Assembly: GCF_009914755.1 (NCBI RefSeq)
Contig: NC_060927.1
Length of the DNA stretch: 64,000 bases
Origin: the human T2T-CHM13v2.0 reference genome, Homo sapiens
Reading direction: 5' to 3' (one strand)
Positions 56,559 through 64,000 of this stretch are shown here, piece by piece; the first letter of the stretch is position 1; every line of letters starts with the position of its first letter. Made by a program: the position numbers and the translations under genes. A model generated the notes under the pieces. It searched no databases, was not told the origin of the DNA, and saw only the letters and a list, made by a program, of their open reading frames with translations.

Positions 56559-57847
56559 TGATTCTCAGGTGTGGGTGTTCCTTCAGGCAGCGAAGGCTGT
56601 ACCCCTTCTAGTAGAATGGTCCAGGGAGCCTTCCTCTTACCCAAGAGTTGATAGGGAAGCAAATGCAAGGGTTCATCCCCCAGGGAGGCCTGGTATTAGA
56701 AAACAAGTATTCACACTTCATATGAGAATCTTTGTTACCTATCAGTACCTTCAACCTTTAAGGCCACTGGTACATTGGTTTTTTTATACATTCTAAATAT
56801 GTACCATGTGAGGAAATGTAAAACTAAAAGTTTAGAAGTCACTTCTGGTGCAAATCACTCAGGTTTGAGGATAAACAAGTGCAAAGGTCATTATAAATTA
56901 GGATCCTATTTTTAACCATTTGGTTTACATGTAACCCTTAGATACTATTGTCAGAGTCTGCCTTTTAACAAGGATAATGAGCATTGGAGCAGATTGCACC
57001 AGATATTTTTACCCCGCTGAAAGCAGTTGTTCAATAATGCTGGTAGAACAGTATTTAAAGAATAAACTGCAACCAGAAGAAGCTTATCAACAGGGGCTTT
57101 TTAGAAGGCTATTTAAAAATAAAACTTCATTTATGATAATCTAATATAAATTTTGTCTTGCTTTAAGTACCCTTAATTATCCTTTTTAACTAGGACATTG
57201 TCCTTCCCAGAGAGACTTGAACTGATTGCTTTAGAGTGGTGTAGGAAAAAGAGTAGGAAATGGGACGTGGGAACTATATTAAAAATAAAATAAGTTAATT
57301 ACCAATGGGAAAAGAGACAGAATGAAAACTTCAAAGACATTCATTACTTATGGTTCAGTATAGAATTCAACCCACTTCTGAGCGTGTAAGAAATGCAAAG
57401 ATGTTATCTTTTACTAAAAAAAAAATTGTTAATGAGTCATTTCTACAACAATCATGGCAAAATAATAAAATTTTAATTGCCTGTGTCTTTTTATGCAGTA
57501 ATCCAACTGATTGCTAGACATTTTTAAGCTAGTGTTGATTGATTGCAACCATTTAATTTCCCGGAAACCATCTTGGATGTATAAACAGTGTTAAGATGCA
57601 TGATATTTTCTTAGGAACCATTACTAGTACTAGAAGAACTGTCTGGGATTTGAGATTTAAAAACAAACTTCATATTGCACACACAGCATCAGCAAATCAT
57701 TTTCTAAGGCGGAATTAACCAAAGGAAATGAGTTTTATTATCATCAGCTGTCTCTATTGTAGCTTTCTGACACACTGAAATATCACAGTGTTAGCATGTA
57801 TTCACTATAAAGAAAAAATCAGGATTGGGGTTATAATCAAGAATCAG

Positions 57848-58219
<372 letters not shown>

Positions 58220-59028
58220 TTAGAGGTATAGCACAGTTATGAGGCATGCTGGGCAGAATGAAGACAGCTCTTGGCCATACCTCCTCTTTATCTTCAATGA
58301 AAAGGTTTGCCTCAATCAAATGGTGGCCAAGTAAGACCAAGTGTCATAACACACTTAAGCATCTCAATGAGCTTTTGAGGAAGCATGGGTAAATGTATTC
58401 ACAGTGCTTGAAATGACTATATTCCACATGACTGCATATGCAATATGTATTCATTTGTGTTAGACACCATTTCATCTTTACAGAATAGAGGCTCACTAAG
58501 CATAAACACCTCTTAATCAGTTCTGGGTTTCTATCTGGATACAACTTGATCAAATATTCTTGGAATTGATGTTGAGATATAGGCCACTTAGTCTCGAGAG
58601 GGCATGGCAGAGCAGTTAGGATTTCTAGAAGATATTGGGAATGAAAGGTAGGCAGAGTCTGCATTGCCTAGAACAATGAAGGGAACGGAACCAGAATTGC
58701 AACATATGCTCCTTCTCCAGGTGGCCTGTGCTTCTCCTTAAATGTTTCAGTTCAGACTAGGTTCTCCATCAGAAGGAAAATATGCCAGGGAAGATAAGCT
58801 ATTTCAAAGGGAGTGAAAGCAGTTGGGTTTGGCTTAACCCATTTTGACAGTGTTACTAGAGGCCTTTACAATGATTGTTGGTGGGGAGCATAATTTGACT
58901 TCTTTCTTGAACCCTAAGAAAGGACCCTGGGTTCCATCAGGGAAAATAAAAAAGTTAATAAAAAATAAAAAGTAAAAAAGTAAATAAAAAGTTAATAAAT
59001 AAAAAGGATTAAAAAAAAAAGAACTTCT

Positions 59029-59348
59029 GGTCAGATGTGGTGGTTCTTGCCTGTAATCCCAGCACTTTGGGAGGCTGAGGCAGAGGATCATTTGAGGCCA
59101 GGAGTTTGAGACCAGCCTGGGCAGACAGCAAGATCCCATTTCTACAAAAAGTGAAAAATTAGCCAAGTGTGATGGCACACACCTGTAGTCCCAGCTATCC
59201 ATCTACTTTGGAGACTGAGGCAAGAGGATTGCTTGAGCCCAGTTCAAGGCTGCAGCAAGCCATGATTGCACCATTGCACTGCACTTCAGCCTCGGTGATA
59301 GATCAAGACCCTGTCTAAAAAAAAAAAAAAAAAAAAAAGAAAGAAAAT
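59029..59348 (+). mobile_element. AluJ
   Basis: Diverged dimer with long A tail, inserted next to an A-rich tract. Confidence 0.92.
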
Positions 59349-60027
59349 AGACCTTCTACATATATATGTATCTCCTCAAGGGATATGTAAATAACATGGG
59401 GATTATGTATTGAAGTGAATTATCTCCTGCACTGTTATGCCCCCCAGTGAAGTAATTAAGGGATGATGTAGGAGGTTACTCTCTAGCTTTATTAACCTGC
59501 CAAATTTATTCCTTCAACTGGAATCTTTTTCAACTGATTATTAATGTTTTAAATGATTGCATTGTTAGCTGAGATTTGTGTTACATGAAGTTTCTTTTCA
59601 TGTGCTGTCTATACTTGATCTGTAAAATGGGACTGCAGTAGTAACCTCCTTCGAAAACTCAATGTACAATTTTATTATTCTATTTGTAAAGGAAATTTAT
59701 GAACCAATTAGTGAGCAGATTGATACATAACTTCTGTTTCTCTGCTACAGAAACTGAAATGTCCTTAAAATCTAGAGTGCTGCAAGGAAAAAGAAAGAAG
59801 TGGGGACAGGAGTTAGGGTCGTGAGAGATTAGCTAATAAAAATGTATGATATTCTTTTTTTAAATATGCTTTAAAAATAATAATGTATTAATGGTCATGA
59901 CAAAATGGATCAGTCATTTAAAGCTCTTTAACTTCTCTGCATCTTTTCACTCACGCCTCACTCCACCCCCTCCCATACCACGCCTGGGTTGTTCCCACGG
60001 ACCTTTCTCTCCTCTCCTTGTGCCCAG

Positions 60028-60246
60028 TCCCTCTTTCATGCCACTTCCTTGCAGAAGACGCACCAGAGTGCCCTGCAGGTACAGCAGAAAGCCGAGGTGC
60101 TGCTCCAGGCCGGCCACTACGATGCCGATGCCATCCGGGAATGTGCTGAGAAGGTGGCCCTCCACTGGCAGCAGCTCATGCTGAAGATGGAAGACCGGCT
60201 AAAATTGGTCAATGCCTCTGTGGCCTTTTACAAAACTTCTGAACAG
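60028..60246 (+). CDS. KALRN: Kalirin exon (SLFHATSLQKTHQSAL...FYKTSEQ), 219 bp, phase 0/0; alternative acceptor at 60055
   Basis: gcccag|TCC and ttgcag|AAG acceptors 27 nt apart; CAG|gtgagg donor. Confidence 0.96.
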
Positions 60247-60527
60247 GTGAGGGAAAAGACTGTGGGGCTTGTGGGGCTGAGATTGCCAGGGGGCCATTTT
60301 CTGCCTTGCAGTGTAAATGTGCAGTGCTTATGTCAGCGAGAAGCCTGTCCTTTCAGTACTAACATTTGAAGAATAGTTTGTGGAAACACCACAGTTGACT
60401 TTCTTATCATCCTTTCCATTTGAGCACTGGACTATGGGGTTTGTCTCATAAATTTCTGAAACTCACCAGATCTATAGGGAGGTGTTGAAATAGAAATTGG
60501 GTGTATACTAAATGCTAGATTTGGGCA

Positions 60528-60945
60528 GTATATTAGTCAGCTGTTACCACCATAGTGCTGTGTAACAAAACAATCCAAAACTCAGTGACATAAAACAATA
60601 AACATTTATTTTTTTCTTAAGTGTCTTAGGTTCAGTTGATTTTGGCTGAACTTGGTAGAACTAGGCTTCGAGCTGCAGACTGGGTCTAGATCTGTTCCCA
60701 TGTCTCTTGTCCTCCTTGACCTGAAGCCATCTCAGGCACATTTATAGTTAAAGGCAGGAATGCAAGAGTCCAAAATCTACCATACAAGTGCATTTCAAGT
60801 CTTTGCTTGTGTCATATTCTCTTTCATCTCATTGGCTAAAATAAGTCACATGGCCAAGCCAACATTAGTGAGGCAGCAATGCCTCCTATGAAGGTTGGGA
60901 GAGGAGAATGAATAGTTGCTGAACAATAATTAAATCTACCACAGT
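60528..60945 (-). mobile_element. MLT1 (MaLR) LTR
   Basis: TATATTAGTCAGCT...GCTGTGTAACAAA...CTCAGTGACATAAAACAATAAACATTTATT...CATTGGCTAAAATAAGTCACATGGCCAAGCC. Confidence 0.8.
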
Positions 60946-61479
60946 TAGGCATTATGCACTACTTGAAAAACACATGGTTCTTTCATTCCTTGGGCCCCCA
61001 GTCTAATGGAGGAAACACAGCTCTCTGTCATTACGGAACTAGAAACACACCAGATAAGATGATGCTGCTGTGGGAGAAAAGGCAGGAGCTGGACAGTAGG
61101 GCCATAACGATGCAGTGTGTTACCCTTTCATCTGTACAGCAATATGCACAGGGCTAAGAGGATTTTTAAAATGATTTGGGTGCTGTTAGGGAATTCTTTT
61201 TATGAAACAGGTTTAAAACAGGAGTAATTTTACTCAGTGTATAGTGGTTTCCTTCTCTGAATTGTTCCCTGGTAGAAATAAATCAGAGAATCATTCTCCT
61301 TGGATGACTTACAGGGACCATCGGAAAGTCTTCCTTGGAGCAAATATGACATGCGCATCAGAGGGCCCTGCAGCCAGGGTGAGAGTCTCCACCCCTTCTT
61401 TCAGTCCTTTCTGTTGCTTCAGAGGAATGACTCCTTTGATGGCCACAGAAGTGAGGAGCTGCAGACTAAGATGATAGAG

Positions 61480-61940
61480 AGCTTCCCCAGTTGATCCCTA
61501 GATTCAACACAGTCTCAATCAAATCCCAGCAAGCTTTTTTTTTGTAGAAATTAATACATTGATTCTAAGATCTATATGGAAATAAAATGCAAATGCAAAG
61601 AATACAAATGCAAAGAAACTAGAAGAGCCAAAACGATTTTGAAAAGGAAGAACAAACTTGGACAAGTCACACTGCCTGATTTAAGGACTTATTCTAAAGC
61701 AGCAGGGATCAAGACAGAATCGTATTTGGTATAAGAATAAACACAATGAGACAGAATAGTGGTTATAGAAATAGATCCACATATATACAGTCAGTTGATT
61801 TTTGACAAAAAAATTCAATGAGTGAAGGAAAGTCTTTTCAGCAAAGGATGCTGGACAACTGAATATCCATATGGAAACAAATGAGGCTTAATTCCTGTCT
61901 AATATTATACACAAATGTTAATTTGAGATGGATCAAGATG
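61480..61940 (+). mobile_element. Old L1 ORF2 fragment
   Basis: TAGATTCAACACAGTCTCAATCAAATCCCAGCA...AGCCAAAACGATTTTGAAAAGG...GATTTTTGACAAA. Confidence 0.85.
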
Positions 61941-62202
61941 GTGAAGGACACTGGAGTAAGAGTCAAGAAATTTTACCCTGAAGTGACCTTGCCGAAGGTT
62001 ACTTTACCCCTCTGGATTTCTGTTTCCTGTCTTGTTAAAGTATTTCTCATTTCTTCTAATCCCAAATTGTTTGCTTCTAAGTTCAGTCCTATCATGGGAC
62101 AGATCTCAAGTACTCTTTTTCTTAAAGTTTTTACATGTCTTTAAGCTGTTTTATCTCAAAACATGAGCTGCCTGCACGTTTCAGGCCTTGCAGAAAGAAA
62201 GG

Positions 62203-63130
62203 TGTGATGCTAGAGATGGGACTAGAGAAGTCACCTCAAGTTTGATGACAGATCTTCTCATGTGATGCTAGAGATGGGACTGGAGAAGTCACCTCAAGTT
62301 TGGTGACAGATCTTCTCATGTGATGCTAGAGATGGGACTGGAGAAGTCACCTCAAGTTTGATGACAGATCTTCTCATGTGATGCTAGAGATGGGACTGGA
62401 GAAGTCACCTCAAGTTTGATGACAGATCTTCTCACGTGATGCTAGAGATGGGACTGGAGAAGTCACCTCAAGTTTGGTGACAGATCTTCTCATGTGATGC
62501 TAGAGATGGGACTGGAGAAGTCACCTCAAGTTTGGTGACAGATCTTCTCATGTGATGCTAGAGATGGGACTGGAGAAGTCACCTCAAGTTTGGTGACAGA
62601 TCTTCTCATGTGATGCTAGAGATGGGACTGGAGAAGTCACCTCAAGTTTGGTGACAGATCTTCTCATGTGATGCTAGAGATGGGACTAGGGAAGTCACCT
62701 CAAGTTTGGTGACAGATCTTCTCATGTGATGCTAGAGATGGGACTAGGGAAGTCACCTCAAGTTTGGTGACAGATCTTCTCATGTGATGCTAGAGATGGG
62801 ACTGGAGAAGTCACCTCAAGTTTGGTGACAGATCTTCTCATGTGATGCTAGAGATGGGACTAGAGAAGTCACCTCAAGATTGGTGACAGATCTTCTCATG
62901 TGATGCTAGAGATGGGACTAGGGAAGTCACCTCAAGATTGGTGACAGATCTTCTCATGTGATGCTAGAGATGGGACTAGAGAAGTCACCTCAAGATTGGT
63001 GACAGATCTTCTCATGTGATGCTAGAGATGGGACTAGAGAAGTCACCTCAAGATTGGTGACAGATCTTCTCATGTGATGCTAGAGATGGGACTAGAGAAG
63101 TCACCTCAAGTTTGGTGACAGATCTTCTCA
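62203..63130. repeat. Minisatellite/VNTR, 16 copies of a 58-bp unit
   Basis: Unit TGTGATGCTAGAGATGGGACTRGRGAAGTCACCTCAAGWTTGRTGACAGATCTTCTCA; 928 bp = 16 x 58; substitutions only, no indels. Confidence 0.98.
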
Positions 63131-63244
63131 TGACATGAGAAGCATGTCTGGCTATGAGAGCGTTCTTCCTGGGACAGCTTTCAGCACATCTTTCAGTTCA
63201 GTTCATAACTCAATGAATGCCCTATCCAAAGACATCTTTCATCT

Positions 63245-63551
63245 GGCTGGGCACGGAGGCTCACGCCTATAATCCCAGCACTTTGGGAGGCCAAGGCAGG
63301 TGGATCACTTGAGGTCAGGGGTTCAAAACCAGCCTGACAAACATGGTGAAACCCTGTCTCTACTAAAAATACAAAAATTAGCTGGATGTGGTGGTGAGCG
63401 ACTGTAATCCCAGCTACTCAGGAGCCTGAGGCAGGAGAATCCCTTGAACCTGGGAGGCAGAGGTTGCATTGAGCCAAGATTGCACCACTGCACTCCAGCC
63501 TGGGTGAAAAAGCTAGATTCCGTCTCAAAAAAAAAAAAAAAAAAAAAAAAA
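63245..63551 (+). mobile_element. AluS
   Basis: Full dimer with long pure A tail. Confidence 0.95.
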
Positions 63552-63657
63552 GACGTTTTTCATCAAAAGACTTTCTCAGAGAAGGCCAAAGATAGTCATA
63601 GCAGTTCTTCCCTACTGCCATATCCAAACAAGTAATCAAAGTCTATTGAAGGAAATC

Positions 63658-63925
63658 CAATCATTCCCAAAGTCTACTGAAGGAAATCCAGTATCCATGG
63701 GGTATTTGTTCCAGGACCCCTCACAGATATGTACATTCTCCCATGTAATTTAAATCATCTCTGGATTACTTATAATACCTAAGTATTATAGTAAATAGTT
63801 GTTATATGCTATTGTTTTTATTTGTATTATTTTTTATTGCTATACTTTTTAACTAAGTATTTTCAATCCATAGTTGGTTGAATCATGGATGTAGAACCCA
63901 CAGATTTGGAAGGATGGCTGTATAG
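63658..63925. mobile_element. MER2-like (Tigger) DNA transposon remnant
   Basis: CAGTATCCATGGGG...GTTCCAGGACCCC...TTGGTTGAATC...GAACCCACAGAT...GCTGTATA. Confidence 0.7.
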
Positions 63926-64000
63926 GTATATGAGTTTCAATTTTCTGCATCCTCCTCCAGGCCCTGATACTAGGCTGCCTTGGTTTTTCCACTATGGGAC

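Noticed and set aside
62203-63130. CRISPR-like array (regular, palindromic repeats)
   Set aside because: No unique spacers: whole 58-bp units are near identical. There are no cas genes and the context is a primate intron.

Overview
Human (primate) genomic DNA, not prokaryotic. The window is an internal + strand part of KALRN (Kalirin, the Trio paralogue RhoGEF). Seven coding exons of the spectrin-repeat region (10549-10740, 20840-21048, 24402-24576, 39189-39384, 48532-48698, 56376-56495, 60028-60246) splice in matching phases into one open frame. From memory these are about exons 11-17 on chr3q21. The introns carry about 14 Alus, old L1/L2/MIR/MaLR/MER5/MER2 relics, a degraded U6 pseudogene, the MIR6083 hairpin at the window start and a 16 x 58 bp minisatellite. 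The best second-look items are: (1) a young L1PA2-type insertion with a 3' transduction (Alu right arm, new AATAAA, second poly(A)) and a TSD, nested in an Alu; (2) a ~170 bp templated copy of exon-proximal intron pasted into a MER5A; (3) the 58-bp VNTR, which arrays TCATGTGA E-boxes and hairpins; (4) a CpG-rich candidate internal (delta-Kalirin) promoter with a perfect EGR site; (5) in-frame alternative splice sites that account for Kalirin-specific inserts relative to Trio; (6) a 42-nt MIR-derived candidate poison exon. No new multi-gene system is evident. All family and gene calls are by eye and from memory, with no database search.
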